In this document: positions 46,910-57,109 of the stretch, piece by piece | Position numbering within the stretch: position 1 is the first letter of the stretch | How the letters are laid out: the number at the start of each line of letters is the position of its first letter | DNA from: Candidatus Latescibacterota bacterium | GTDB lineage: Bacteria > Latescibacterota > UBA2968 > UBA8231 | DNA length: 64,000 nt | NCBI GenBank assembly: GCA_965217585.1 | Contig: OZ244561.1 | Coordinates: 192,001 to 256,000 of the forward strand | Direction: 5' to 3' | Notes under the pieces: model-generated | Told to the model about the DNA's origin: nothing | Seen by the model: the letters and a program-made list of their open reading frames with translations, nothing else | Databases searched by the model: none | Program-made: the position numbers and the translations under genes

Positions 46910-49900
46910 CTAGAGCCGGTTTTCCACGATCCACTCCCGGTGCATCTTGGCAAAACTGACCACGTCGGCGTTTTCCGGCTTGTCCCCACCCCTTTCTTCC
47001 ACTACCTGATAGTTTTCCACGGCCTGCGACCACTGGCGCGCGATTTCATAGGCCAGCCCTAGGTTGCAGTACGCGGCCAATTCGGTATAGGTGCCGGGGT
47101 ACTCGCGAATAATCTCCTGTAGGGCTGGCACAGCCCGGTCGTATTCTTTGGCTTCAAACAGCTTCATGGCCTCGTTGTATCTAAAGCTGGCCTGGATCTC
47201 GCTTAGCTCTTCCACCAAGGCTGTGGCCCTCGACGCCTCCTCGGAGTCTGGATATAGCTTGAGTACTCGCTTGTAGGCCGCCATGGCCTCGTCATAAGAC
47301 TGGATATTGTAGTAGTAGTCGCCAATGGTAAACTGCGCTTTGGGAGCAAACTCGCTACTAGGGTAATTGGCGACTAGGTCTTGCATCGCGCCTACTGCTT
47401 GCTCCATCTGCTCTTGTTCGACAAAGGACCAAGCCAACGCGTACTGCGCCGACCCGCCGTATCGGCCTTGGGGATATTTGGCCAAGAGTGCTTGGTATGC
47501 CGGCACAGCCTCGGCAAAGGCCTGCTCGTTGTAGTGGTTTTCGCCAATGAGGAAAAGCGCTTCTTCCTCGTATTGGGACTGGAGATAGCGCTCGACGAGC
47601 GCGGCAAAAGCGGCCGCAGCCTCCTTGAACTGGGTCAGGGCCTGGAGACTGTGGGCCAGATAGTACTGGCCGTGAATGCGGTTGGCATTGCGCGGATATT
47701 TGCCAACAAAGGCCCTGAAACTCTTGGCGGCGGTGGCATAGTCGCCGTAGCTGATTTCGGCAAAGCCCTTAGAGAAGGCCAAGTTGCCACTCTCGCCCGA
47801 GTTCGGATAGCGCTTGAGACCTTGGGCGAAGATGCGGGCGGCTTCCTCGTATTTCTGCTGCTGCAGCAGCGCGTTGCCGATGATGGAATAGGCTCGCTCT
47901 TTGCGGTAGTAACCAGCTTGGTTGTCGTCTTCAAACTGCATATCGAGGAGCTGGCGAGCGAATTTTTCGGCTTGGACGAAGTCCTGCTGATCGTAGTACA
48001 GCTCGGTTAGGAGCATGCTAAAGGTGGCCTGCTCCTGGGGGTCGGCCGACGCGGCGATAAGCTCTTGGTAGTAGCTGGCCGCCTCTTCTTGCCGCCCCAA
48101 GCGGATCATGCCAGCCCCCAGCGTGCGGAAGGCGCTGTCCTTGATCTGGGGCGCGGGATCGCTTTCAAGCAGGGCCTTCATATCCTCCAGCGAGGCCTCA
48201 TAAGTTATGCGGGCCTTGGCCGTGTCGCCGACGGCGTCTTGCTGTTTGGCGACCTCGTAGTAAGCACCGCCGCGGGCCAGCAGCGAATTTTGCAGGATGT
48301 GCACGGGCGGATTCAGCGCAATGGCCTGACCCCAAGAATCGATCGCACCCGCGAAATTGTCCTCGGCGAAATGCACCCGAGCCAAGGTGTAGTGCATCTG
48401 GCCTCTTAGGGTGTCGTCGTCGGCTCGATCCAAGGCGCGAGATAGGGCCTTGCGCGCCTTTTCGTACTCTTGTTTGCCCATATACAGCTCGGCCAACTCG
48501 ACCTGCACGGTAGGCCACTTGTCCCAACCCTCTTCCACCGTCTCATAGGCGGCGATGGCGCTGTCTGTATCCTCGAGGCGCTTATAGGTGAGTCCCAGTT
48601 CCATCCGCGTCGTATTGCGCAGTCCCGACTCCGGGAAGCGGTCGAGGAAGGACGCATATATCTCCTCGGCCCGTTTGGGTTCGGATGCGGCATAGGCGAT
48701 GCGGGCCAACTGCAAAAGGCCGTTGGGAGCCGCCGGATGGGCCGCGTATTCATCGACTAACCGCTGGTACAGCGGCTGCGCGGCTGCGTCTTTCTTTAGG
48801 AGCTGGTTGGCAAAGCCGGCGTTAAAAAGCACGTCTGGTATCAGGGAATTGTCCTCGTGCTGGCTCAAGAGCTGATCGTAGCCCTTGAGCGCTTTGGAGA
48901 TCTCCTCGGCCGCTCTAGCCGGGTCTTCGCTGCGGACCTGCCGCCCGTATTCTTGGTGGCACTGGGCGATGCGAAAGAGGACCTTGTAGCGGTCAAAGCC
49001 GATGCGCTGGGCCACATCGCCGTAGGCATTGAGGTATATCTCGTATTCTTGCGCCGACTTGAGGTACTCGTCCTGGTCGAAAAGCATCAGGGCAACCGTT
49101 AGCTGCGTGCGAGCCTGGAAGAGCTTGTCCTCGACCTTTTCGATGGCGTCCTTGTACGCGGCGATGGCCGCGGTCGTACCCTGCTCCTTCTGCACCAACT
49201 CGGCGGTGCGGATGTAGCTGTTTTGCACCAAGACCGGCTCAGCCGCGTATTCGACCGGGAGCACGGCATAGGCGGCGAGGGCCTTTTCGACCTCGCCGTT
49301 GCGCGCGTAGATATCGCCCTTTTTCAGGTGGGCCTTGGCGACTAGCTCGCGCGCGGTCTCCTTGACCAAACCCTTGAGCTTGAGGGTGGTCATCTCGATG
49401 ATTTCTTCCTCGGTCATCTGCGCGAAGTCGTAGCGGGCGATGAGGCGGTCAAGGAACTCCAGCGCATCCTCGTACTGCCCTAGCTTGTCGTAGCTCTCGG
49501 CGATCTGGAAGAGCGAGCGATCGGCGTTAGAGCCTCTCGGGGCCAAGATCAACACCTGCTTGAAGTTGGCGATGGCCTCCTCGTAGCGCCCCAATTCAAA
49601 ATAGGACCACGCTCGGTCGTAGTGAACGGATGCCTCGTAGAGGCTGTGGGGGAATCTGCGCAGCAGCGCGGCCCCCTGCTCAATGACCTGCTCGTACTCC
49701 TTGAGTTGGTAACTCGTCTGAATCATCTGGTACTGCGCCATCACTCGGGTGCGATCATCGACGCGCTCGTCCGCGGCTAGGCTGCGGAAGTGGTCGCGGC
49801 TCTTGTTGAGATCTTGCAGCGCCTCTTCGTAGCGAGCATCGGCCTCGGCCTCCTTCTTCTCCGAGCGCAAAAACTGCGAGCGCTGCAATTTTTCGAGACC

Positions 49901-50182
49901 TAGCTTGTTGTAGGTATTGCCTAGCTGGTAGGTGGCACCCACGCGCACTGGCAGAATGAACTCGTCAACCGCTACGGTTACATCCTCCACGTTGATCATG
50001 GCGTTGCTCTCCGTGGAAAGAATGACCTCATAGCGCTCAATGGCTCTGTCGTAGTCCCCCAGCGCATAGAGCTTCTGACCTTCCTCAAAGCGGTCTTGCA
50101 ACTCCACCGGCGAGAAGAAGCGCGTGCTCAGGCTGGCGGCCACGCCGACCGCTGCGATCAGCAGCAGATTTACCAGAATCAT
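46910..50182 (-). CDS. Large TPR protein (1090 aa) with N-terminal membrane anchor
   Basis: Many TPRs with BamD/YbgF-like 'kYP.S' turns; hydrophobic N-terminus. Confidence 0.9.
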   Translation of the reverse strand: MILVNLLLIAAVGVAASLSTRFFSPVELQDRFEEGQKLYALGDYDRAIERYEVILSTESNAMINVEDVTVAVDEFILPVRVGATYQLGNTYNKLGLEKLQRSQFLRSEKKEAEADARYEEALQDLNKSRDHFRSLAADERVDDRTRVMAQYQMIQTSYQLKEYEQVIEQGAALLRRFPHSLYEASVHYDRAWSYFELGRYEEAIANFKQVLILAPRGSNADRSLFQIAESYDKLGQYEDALEFLDRLIARYDFAQMTEEEIIEMTTLKLKGLVKETARELVAKAHLKKGDIYARNGEVEKALAAYAVLPVEYAAEPVLVQNSYIRTAELVQKEQGTTAAIAAYKDAIEKVEDKLFQARTQLTVALMLFDQDEYLKSAQEYEIYLNAYGDVAQRIGFDRYKVLFRIAQCHQEYGRQVRSEDPARAAEEISKALKGYDQLLSQHEDNSLIPDVLFNAGFANQLLKKDAAAQPLYQRLVDEYAAHPAAPNGLLQLARIAYAASEPKRAEEIYASFLDRFPESGLRNTTRMELGLTYKRLEDTDSAIAAYETVEEGWDKWPTVQVELAELYMGKQEYEKARKALSRALDRADDDTLRGQMHYTLARVHFAEDNFAGAIDSWGQAIALNPPVHILQNSLLARGGAYYEVAKQQDAVGDTAKARITYEASLEDMKALLESDPAPQIKDSAFRTLGAGMIRLGRQEEAASYYQELIAASADPQEQATFSMLLTELYYDQQDFVQAEKFARQLLDMQFEDDNQAGYYRKERAYSIIGNALLQQQKYEEAARIFAQGLKRYPNSGESGNLAFSKGFAEISYGDYATAAKSFRAFVGKYPRNANRIHGQYYLAHSLQALTQFKEAAAAFAALVERYLQSQYEEEALFLIGENHYNEQAFAEAVPAYQALLAKYPQGRYGGSAQYALAWSFVEQEQMEQAVGAMQDLVANYPSSEFAPKAQFTIGDYYYNIQSYDEAMAAYKRVLKLYPDSEEASRATALVEELSEIQASFRYNEAMKLFEAKEYDRAVPALQEIIREYPGTYTELAAYCNLGLAYEIARQWSQAVENYQVVEERGGDKPENADVVSFAKMHREWIVENRL

Positions 50183-50199
50183 GGTATCAATCTCCTAGC

Positions 50200-53133
50200 C
50201 TAGAACCCGGCCACAATATCAAAGAAGAGGCGCGAGTTGTCGAAGCTATCGGAAGCGCGTGTGGCATCGTCGTACTCCCGGCTGGTTCTGATAAAGCCGA
50301 ACTGGGAGGCGAGACTATAGCCATAGTGATCTGAGCGGTTGCTCATCATCAGCACCAGCGTCCATTCCTTGAAGTTGTCGCTTTTATCTTTCCGGTCTAG
50401 ATAGGTGTGTCGCCAGAAAGGGAAGCCTTGGAAGCCCAGTTGCAGATTGGACTTGGCCGTCAGGTCGAAGCGGGTCCTGACGATCGGCGCGTAAATCGAG
50501 AACGAGCGAATACTGCCGTCGTCCGTGGCGTCTTCAAGTATACTAGAATACTCGCGCAAGAACAGGTGCTTGAACATCGGGCGAATGTTCAGGTTACCGG
50601 CGTTGATCGTATAGTCGAGCCGGTTGACCATCGCAAGGGTCGAGAGCACCCCAGCCTCCTGTTGAGTGCCGTCGTCGAACTCGTCTTCGGCTTGGCTATT
50701 GCGAATCCATTGGACACTGTTGATGACGTTGAGGTTGGAAAACTGCCTAAAGGTCGAGCTGATGAACAAGGTGTTGACTAAGCTATTGCGCATGTTCAGC
50801 GGATCGACATCCGGCGGGAAAACCTGGGAATTGAGATCCCGCGCCTCAATCATCGGACCTTTCAAGTGCGGGACGGGGCTAGGTATCCGCTGGGTAAAAC
50901 CCACGTCTTCCCAGACGTACACGTCGTCGCGAATGTCGTCTTTGACCTGCTTAATGTCCTCGTTGATGCGAATTTTTCCCAGATAGGGCGAGACGAAGTT
51001 GTGCTCGTAGCGGGCGTAGATGGCCTTGGCCTTGCTTCCGCCAGCCGGCTCCTTCATGGTATAATAGCCGACAGAAGCCCATTTGCCCCAACGCCCCAAG
51101 CCTTTCTTCGTGGCCACCAAGTGGGCCCCCCGGCGGTCCCGTGGGTATGGATAGTCGGGCAATGCGTCGTTTTCGCGGTAATCGACTACACCGTTGTTGT
51201 TGAAGTCAATGCCGTAGATGAAATCCGGCGGATCGGCGTCGTAAAAGAGGATCGGCTCGGTCCAGTCGGGAATGCCGTTGAAATTCTGGTCGCTGTCCGG
51301 GATTAGGTCGTTGTTTTCGTCCAAGCCGGGGAAAATGCCCGAATCCGACTTCTCCGCACTGGGCAGTTCGTTGATCATCTCGTCTGGCCACTGATCGTTG
51401 TCGTCATTATCGGTCATGACAAACATTTCCTGCATCTGTGGACACACAAAGCAATCGTCGCTGAAGAAGGCTACGCCGCCGCGGTCGCTGTCGTAGTTGC
51501 CACTGTAGTCCGGATCTAGGTTGAAAATTTCGCCACCTATCTCGATCGGGCCTACTTCCTTTTGGGCCGTGAGGAAATAACCGAGGGCCTGCTTGTCAAA
51601 GCGCTTGCCGGCATTGCTGCCCACTGGGAAGAGAAAGTACTGGGGATTGGCGACCAACTCGCCCTTTACTTTTAGCCCTTTGAGACTTAAGTCCCAGTCC
51701 AGCCCGTAGAGCACCTGACCGGTGGGGATGCCGTAGTCGAACTCGACCACCTTGCGGCCCGAGTCGCTGCCGTCGGCGCGCAGAACCATATAGCCTACCC
51801 GGGTCGGATCGAGCAGAGCCCACTTGTATTGCAAAAACGGCTGCGCCTGAGTGAATGTCGGATCCGGCACCACCGGCCAGTGATTGAAGGCGTCGGGATT
51901 TTCCGCTAGCACATCTTCGAGCGGTTTGATTGCGTCGTCGCCTTTCAGCCCGGTAAAAGGATTGACGTACTTGCTGCCGCCTGGAGCGTAGGTGTCGTCC
52001 CCGCCAGCCACTTTATCCACATTTTTGTCGTGGGCCCGCTGGTTGAAGAACAAGTGCTGTTGGCGCACCAAAATGCGATAGTCGCCCTCGACATCGGCCA
52101 AGAAGCGCACGAACTTCATCGTCAGCCCCGGCACAAAGTCGTCGGGATCTGCGGAGTACGCCGCGTCATCCGGGAGGTTGAATCGCGGCATTTGGAAGCG
52201 GAAGACCACTTGGTCGCCGCCGGCTACGATCAGCCCGCCCTCGGCTCCGCCGACGGGATCAATCATCTTCAGGCTCGAGTCGTACTCGGGATCGCCTTCA
52301 ATGCTGGTCAGGCGCACCCGCTGCCCCTGCGACTCGCCGATGATCACCACATCTACGTCATAGACCGTGGCCGCCCGGCCTATATCGTCGGGCGAATCGT
52401 CTTCGACGATGACTTCGATAAAAGAGGGCGGCAGCATGCTATAGGGGGTATCGCCCTTGAGGAAGGAGCCGTTCTCATCGGCAGTATTGGCCATGTGCTG
52501 ATTGAAGTACGTGGCACCCATGCGCAGCACATTGCCCAGCTTGGTCTCCCAGTGGCCACCAAAGATCAACACCGGCGAGGTCTCCCTAGTCGCTTTGAAG
52601 GTCGAAAACTTGGCGGCACCCAACATGTCGCCGCCTTGGCTCAGCATCAGGGTGAATCTGTTGTCCGAGGAAGCGCCGTCGAGCAAGATGCCATAGAAGC
52701 GCGGGTCGCTAAAGGTCAGATCTGAAAACTTAGCGCGGATGTCCTCGCCCAAGGTCACTCGGTAGTTCCAGCCCTTGTACGAGTCGTTGAGCATCACCAA
52801 GTTGGCGAACCATCCTAAGTACTGGGCCGTGCGAGTGTTGATATTACTTTCCCCAGGGCGGGAAAATTCCCAAGAGAAGACATTGAAACCGCGCGACAGA
52901 TAATTGCCTAAGCGGTCGTAGCGATTGCGTGCGTTGATCACCGAAGGATAGGGATCGTACTCCTTGCGCCCGTAGTTCAAATACGGTTCGGGATGGCCGA
53001 GGTTGAGAAAATCCCGGTTGCGCAGGAAGGTCTGCGCTTCGGCTTCGGCACCCAGCATACCCAACCCAACAAACGCTAGTAGCGCGGTCCTCACCAGGCT
53101 TTTTCTCGCATTACTCATGGCAGCTATCCTCAT
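50200..53133 (-). CDS. Hypothetical secreted ~980-aa protein, probable outer-membrane beta-barrel with acidic Ca-binding-like repeats
   Basis: Signal peptide AEA-Q; DNDDNDQWPD, DENNDLIPD, DFNNNGVVDYREND; amphipathic C-terminal strands ending ...LFFDIVAGF. Confidence 0.7.
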   Translation of the reverse strand: MRIAAMSNARKSLVRTALLAFVGLGMLGAEAEAQTFLRNRDFLNLGHPEPYLNYGRKEYDPYPSVINARNRYDRLGNYLSRGFNVFSWEFSRPGESNINTRTAQYLGWFANLVMLNDSYKGWNYRVTLGEDIRAKFSDLTFSDPRFYGILLDGASSDNRFTLMLSQGGDMLGAAKFSTFKATRETSPVLIFGGHWETKLGNVLRMGATYFNQHMANTADENGSFLKGDTPYSMLPPSFIEVIVEDDSPDDIGRAATVYDVDVVIIGESQGQRVRLTSIEGDPEYDSSLKMIDPVGGAEGGLIVAGGDQVVFRFQMPRFNLPDDAAYSADPDDFVPGLTMKFVRFLADVEGDYRILVRQQHLFFNQRAHDKNVDKVAGGDDTYAPGGSKYVNPFTGLKGDDAIKPLEDVLAENPDAFNHWPVVPDPTFTQAQPFLQYKWALLDPTRVGYMVLRADGSDSGRKVVEFDYGIPTGQVLYGLDWDLSLKGLKVKGELVANPQYFLFPVGSNAGKRFDKQALGYFLTAQKEVGPIEIGGEIFNLDPDYSGNYDSDRGGVAFFSDDCFVCPQMQEMFVMTDNDDNDQWPDEMINELPSAEKSDSGIFPGLDENNDLIPDSDQNFNGIPDWTEPILFYDADPPDFIYGIDFNNNGVVDYRENDALPDYPYPRDRRGAHLVATKKGLGRWGKWASVGYYTMKEPAGGSKAKAIYARYEHNFVSPYLGKIRINEDIKQVKDDIRDDVYVWEDVGFTQRIPSPVPHLKGPMIEARDLNSQVFPPDVDPLNMRNSLVNTLFISSTFRQFSNLNVINSVQWIRNSQAEDEFDDGTQQEAGVLSTLAMVNRLDYTINAGNLNIRPMFKHLFLREYSSILEDATDDGSIRSFSIYAPIVRTRFDLTAKSNLQLGFQGFPFWRHTYLDRKDKSDNFKEWTLVLMMSNRSDHYGYSLASQFGFIRTSREYDDATRASDSFDNSRLFFDIVAGF

Positions 53134-53169
53134 TCAGTGTAGAGATTCTGTCTTCAGTCGCATTCCAAC

Positions 53170-54030
53170 TCAGCGCTGGCGATAACCAACGCTGAACCGA
53201 TGTACACCTCCATAGCCGGAGAGGTGTAGCGGGTAGGAATAAGCATAATCGAAATGCCATTGCTTATAGTTGTGGCCAAGGCCCACGTTGAGCTCTCTAT
53301 CGTCAAAACCCGAACCAACCGCGGCTCCCCCCATGCGGAACCGGGCACCGTTGAGGCTCACCGTCCGCGTCTCGTACCCCACTCTGAACTTGGTTCGCCC
53401 ATCGCGGCGCTCAATGTCGAGCAGGACTTCCCGCCCTGCCAAGTTGAGCAAGGCGGCCGCGACCACGGCCGGCTTTTCTTTGCCTGCGGCTTGGCCACCC
53501 GCTGCGATATTGGCACCGTTTAAGCCTTTGGCGACCAAACCCAAGCGCAGGTACGCCCGCGGGTGTATGAAACCCACTTCCCAAGTGGCACCTACATCGA
53601 GGTGCCAAGCCCGGTGCGCTAGATCACCAGCTTTCCAAGCGCTGGTGCGCAAGCCGCCGCCTAAGGCGAATCGCTCGTGCAACGGCCGCCCGTAGCCCAA
53701 GGCAATCACTTCTTCGCGCCAGCCATCGGCACCGAGAAACGAAAGGCCCAGTTGCAAACCGCCGCCCCGCAAAGGGCCGGTTACCGACAAGCCGTTTAGG
53801 GCTGGACTTTGGTCCAACCCGGGATAGAGCAACGCGTGCGTCGTACCAGCCTGCCACTTTTGCTGCTGGGCGTTGCCAGCCGGATTGTACCAAACGGCCT
53901 CAGCCGTCTGAATACTGGCGGCGAAAGCCCCGCCCAACGCCGTGCTCTGGGCCCCCCGTCCCGCAAATTCAAAAGCAGCGCCGACTGGGGGGACAAAGGC
54001 CAGCAATAGGACGCTAGTACGCCACCACAA
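53170..54030 (-). CDS. PorV/PorQ-like (FadL superfamily) outer-membrane beta-barrel
   Basis: GAQSTALGGAFAA...AEAVWYNPAG N-terminal signature; FDYAY...GGVHRFSVGY C-terminus. Confidence 0.75.
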   Translation of the reverse strand: MWWRTSVLLLAFVPPVGAAFEFAGRGAQSTALGGAFAASIQTAEAVWYNPAGNAQQQKWQAGTTHALLYPGLDQSPALNGLSVTGPLRGGGLQLGLSFLGADGWREEVIALGYGRPLHERFALGGGLRTSAWKAGDLAHRAWHLDVGATWEVGFIHPRAYLRLGLVAKGLNGANIAAGGQAAGKEKPAVVAAALLNLAGREVLLDIERRDGRTKFRVGYETRTVSLNGARFRMGGAAVGSGFDDRELNVGLGHNYKQWHFDYAYSYPLHLSGYGGVHRFSVGYRQR

Positions 54031-55672
54031 AAGTGCCCCGGCGCGCCTTGCCGCTTTCTTCTATCATAACCTCGTACAGATAAAGCCCCGGCACGACAAC
54101 GCGACCGCTGCCATCGCGGCCGTCCCACTCGAACTGATAGGTGCGGGCGCTTCCGGTCTGCGCCAACTGGCGAATCGATCGACCGGTCAAGTTGTAAATT
54201 TTTAGCACGACTTCCCGGCCCGCTTCGATATTGCCGACGACGAAAGCAAAGCGCGCATGCTCGTCTGCAAACGGCGAGAACGGGCGCGGCTGCACCTGCA
54301 CTTCGCCCAAAAGCTGCAACGGCGTCCCCGCAGCCAGTACCGTCCAAGTGGCACCCGGCATTTCTCGCCCCTGCTGCCAGTTCACGTAGCCTTCTCTGTC
54401 GCCTTGGGCCTTGTTGCCAGCCTCAAATCGCATGGCGGTCTTGTCGCGCACAAAGAGCGCCTGTCCCTCAATTTCGACGGTCGCCATTGCGCTGATTTGC
54501 TCGCTAGGTGCAAGCTCTACCAGCATCCCCTCCCGATCCGGCGTCGGGCCCCAAGTGTAGCCCTCTGTAGGCACGAGTTCTCGACCATCGACGCGCACGG
54601 CTGTTACGCGGAGCAAGGGGCCTTGTACGCGCAAGAGATCCACTCCATAATCATCGACGCCAGCCGCGATCTCCACTCGGTAGATCAGCGTCGCTTCCTC
54701 GCCCTTGCGCAGCGAATCGGATACGGCTACCTCCGCCAAGAGCTGCTGGGCGACCAAGACTGGATCGTAGTCAATGGCAATGCGCTTGAGCACCGGACTG
54801 ACAAAGGGGGCCGAATTCGTCAGGCGGGCTCGGTACGCCAACCGCGCGACCGGCTCGTCTCCTCTGTAGAAGAATTCCCCGTCCGTGTGCGCCGCAACGC
54901 TTCCCCAAGGCTCCTCTGCTCCCTCTGCAGTGGCTCCGCGCACTTGCAGTTCAATGCCCGTGCGCTCCGCGCGCTCTACTTGCCAGCGGATCAGCCCTAC
55001 GTTGACTGGGGTAGGCGGGGTGAAGCTATCCTCTATGAAGCCTTCGCTAACGTAGCCCACGCCGAACACCTCGATTTCCCCGATGGCGACCCAGTTACTG
55101 CGGTCTTGGCGGATCAGTGTCAGCCGCACGAAGCGACCCTCGCGCGGGATCGCCTCACCGCGCTCGTCGGTTGCGGCCCAAGTAGAATCTGCGCTCGTAT
55201 CTACATTGAGGACGAAATTGTCCGGCTGTTCCGCCAAGAGATGCCAAACTTGCGGCGCCACTTGGGTGGCTGTTTCGAGCCTGTACCCACGCATGAAATA
55301 CTCGGGCTGGTTCAGCGCCGTCTCGCCAGCTAGCACTCGCACCCGCTTGATCGCCCGGTCCAGTCCGAGATCGACGGTAAACTGCTTGTCGAACACGTGA
55401 TTGGTGCCCGAGATCCACTCGCTCCGCACGAGGTCAATCGCGCCGTCGGTTAGAGGCACAGGCTTGTCGAAATCGTCTATCACCGATTGTCCCAAGGCCA
55501 CGTTTACATCCTCGTCCAACTGCGCCAGAATGACGAGGCTATCTGGATGCACCTGTACGCCTTGGGTCGTTCCCAAGGCGAATGTATCGACCGCGTCCAC
55601 CACCCAAGTCTTTAATTCAGCACGGCACGGACTGAATTCGAGCAATAGCAAAAGTGCGCCCAGCCCCAGCAC
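54014..55672 (-). CDS. Secreted discoidin (F5/8C)-like protein with C-terminal FlgD-Ig domain
   Basis: FTVDLG..RAIKRVRV, GRFVRL, IGEIEVFG; CTD PRPFSP...KIYNLTGRSIRQL...WDGRDGSGRVVVPGLYLY. Confidence 0.78.
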   Translation of the reverse strand: MLGLGALLLLLEFSPCRAELKTWVVDAVDTFALGTTQGVQVHPDSLVILAQLDEDVNVALGQSVIDDFDKPVPLTDGAIDLVRSEWISGTNHVFDKQFTVDLGLDRAIKRVRVLAGETALNQPEYFMRGYRLETATQVAPQVWHLLAEQPDNFVLNVDTSADSTWAATDERGEAIPREGRFVRLTLIRQDRSNWVAIGEIEVFGVGYVSEGFIEDSFTPPTPVNVGLIRWQVERAERTGIELQVRGATAEGAEEPWGSVAAHTDGEFFYRGDEPVARLAYRARLTNSAPFVSPVLKRIAIDYDPVLVAQQLLAEVAVSDSLRKGEEATLIYRVEIAAGVDDYGVDLLRVQGPLLRVTAVRVDGRELVPTEGYTWGPTPDREGMLVELAPSEQISAMATVEIEGQALFVRDKTAMRFEAGNKAQGDREGYVNWQQGREMPGATWTVLAAGTPLQLLGEVQVQPRPFSPFADEHARFAFVVGNIEAGREVVLKIYNLTGRSIRQLAQTGSARTYQFEWDGRDGSGRVVVPGLYLYEVMIEESGKARRGTFVVAY

Positions 55673-55673
55673 T

Positions 55674-56330
55674 TCAGAATAGCAGTTTCTGCGTCAGGCT
55701 GGTCACCACGGCGACGGCGAGGGCTTCCTCCAACTCCTTGGAGTTGAAGGTCATGACAATGCCGGCATCCACCGGGCTTTTCTTGCTCACTTTGCCAGTT
55801 TTGAGATCCTTGACTGAAACCTCGACCTGCACTCTTTGCGTTTGCGGGGAGAATATTTTGCGCACCCGCTGACTAGTAATCAGAGCCGTGCCGCTAATTT
55901 CCAAGTCGGCCTCGTCCGAGTCCTCTGACACCAGCGTGAAGGGATTGTTCACTTTCCGCACGCTATCTTCATCTAGCACTTCGACCCGATCCGTCTGCGT
56001 GAGGATCCGCACCTTGTCCTTGCGCAGTTCGCGCAACAAGGCCCCAGACAAATCCTCAATTCGCGAAGGCCGAGTAATCTGCACTAGGCGACTTCCCTCG
56101 CTGGCGAGGGCGTTAGTAATGTACTGGGTGCCTTGGCTACCGGACGAATTGGCCGTCCTCGGATCGACCACGTTGGCCTTGCTCTCGACCGGGAATTCTT
56201 TGACGTATATCTTGACCAGCATCGACGGCGGGTTGGGCAAACTGGTGTCCTTGAGTGCCTCGTATTTCAAAGTACAGGCCATCGAGCCGACGAGCAGCGC
56301 CACTCCGAGGTACTTCACCATCTCTTTCAT
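55674..56330 (-). CDS. Hypothetical lipoprotein
   Basis: Signal peptide with SMAC lipobox; abuts both neighbours. Confidence 0.7.
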   Translation of the reverse strand: MKEMVKYLGVALLVGSMACTLKYEALKDTSLPNPPSMLVKIYVKEFPVESKANVVDPRTANSSGSQGTQYITNALASEGSRLVQITRPSRIEDLSGALLRELRKDKVRILTQTDRVEVLDEDSVRKVNNPFTLVSEDSDEADLEISGTALITSQRVRKIFSPQTQRVQVEVSVKDLKTGKVSKKSPVDAGIVMTFNSKELEEALAVAVVTSLTQKLLF

Positions 56331-57107
56331 TTACTTATTCTCCACCCAACGCACTCCGTGATCGACATTGAAGTGGAATTTCAAGTCGGTAAATTCCACT
56401 GGATTGCCGTATCCTACTTGAAAGCGATCAAAGGCCAGAATGAAGTCATTTACTTCGAGGGTGAACGACTTGGTTTCTGCAGGCAGCGGTGGGAAGGTCA
56501 ACTTGCCGACATATCTGGAGCCTTTGCGCACAGGCTTTTCTCGGTGGTACGCGCTCTTGTTCCAGATTGGGCCGCGATCCAAGCTGGCGTGATAGCGCAC
56601 ATTGCCTTCTTGTCCCCCCCACTTCAGGTAGGAATAGTCGTAGAACTCATCCTTGTCGTACCAATTCCCCGCCCCTTGGCCACAGAGCAAGCGGCTACCG
56701 TCGTCCAAGCGCAAAATGGTCTGCGTAGGATCTAGCTCCACCCGCTTCCGGGTGCGGTTGCTCACCGTCACTTCAAAAACGGTCCACAAGGGCGGCGTAT
56801 AGTCCAAGCCGGGGATTTCGACTCCAGTGAGCGTATAGGGCGTGAAGCGGACGTCGTATTCGGCGTCGAGCATGGCATCGTCGTAGAACTTGACCTTGAC
56901 TTGCACCCCTTGCTCGCTCCACACGACCGAACTATCGATTGGATCGATGTAATAGGTCTCTCCATCGGGCAGGACCGGCTCCAGCTCGATAAAGTACTCC
57001 TGCGAATGCGATTCGAGGGATCTGAGGGTAGCACACCCCCCGGCGGCCAACGCCAAGCACAGGAGGACGCGAATGTGTTTTGCGATGAGTCTCATGTGTA
57101 TTCGCAT
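56331..57107 (-). CDS. Hypothetical lipoprotein, paralog of 44526-45293
   Basis: AGGC lipobox; YYIDPIDSS, YTPPLWTVFEV, FILAFD. Confidence 0.75.
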   Translation of the reverse strand: MRIHMRLIAKHIRVLLCLALAAGGCATLRSLESHSQEYFIELEPVLPDGETYYIDPIDSSVVWSEQGVQVKVKFYDDAMLDAEYDVRFTPYTLTGVEIPGLDYTPPLWTVFEVTVSNRTRKRVELDPTQTILRLDDGSRLLCGQGAGNWYDKDEFYDYSYLKWGGQEGNVRYHASLDRGPIWNKSAYHREKPVRKGSRYVGKLTFPPLPAETKSFTLEVNDFILAFDRFQVGYGNPVEFTDLKFHFNVDHGVRWVENK

Positions 57108-57109
57108 CC

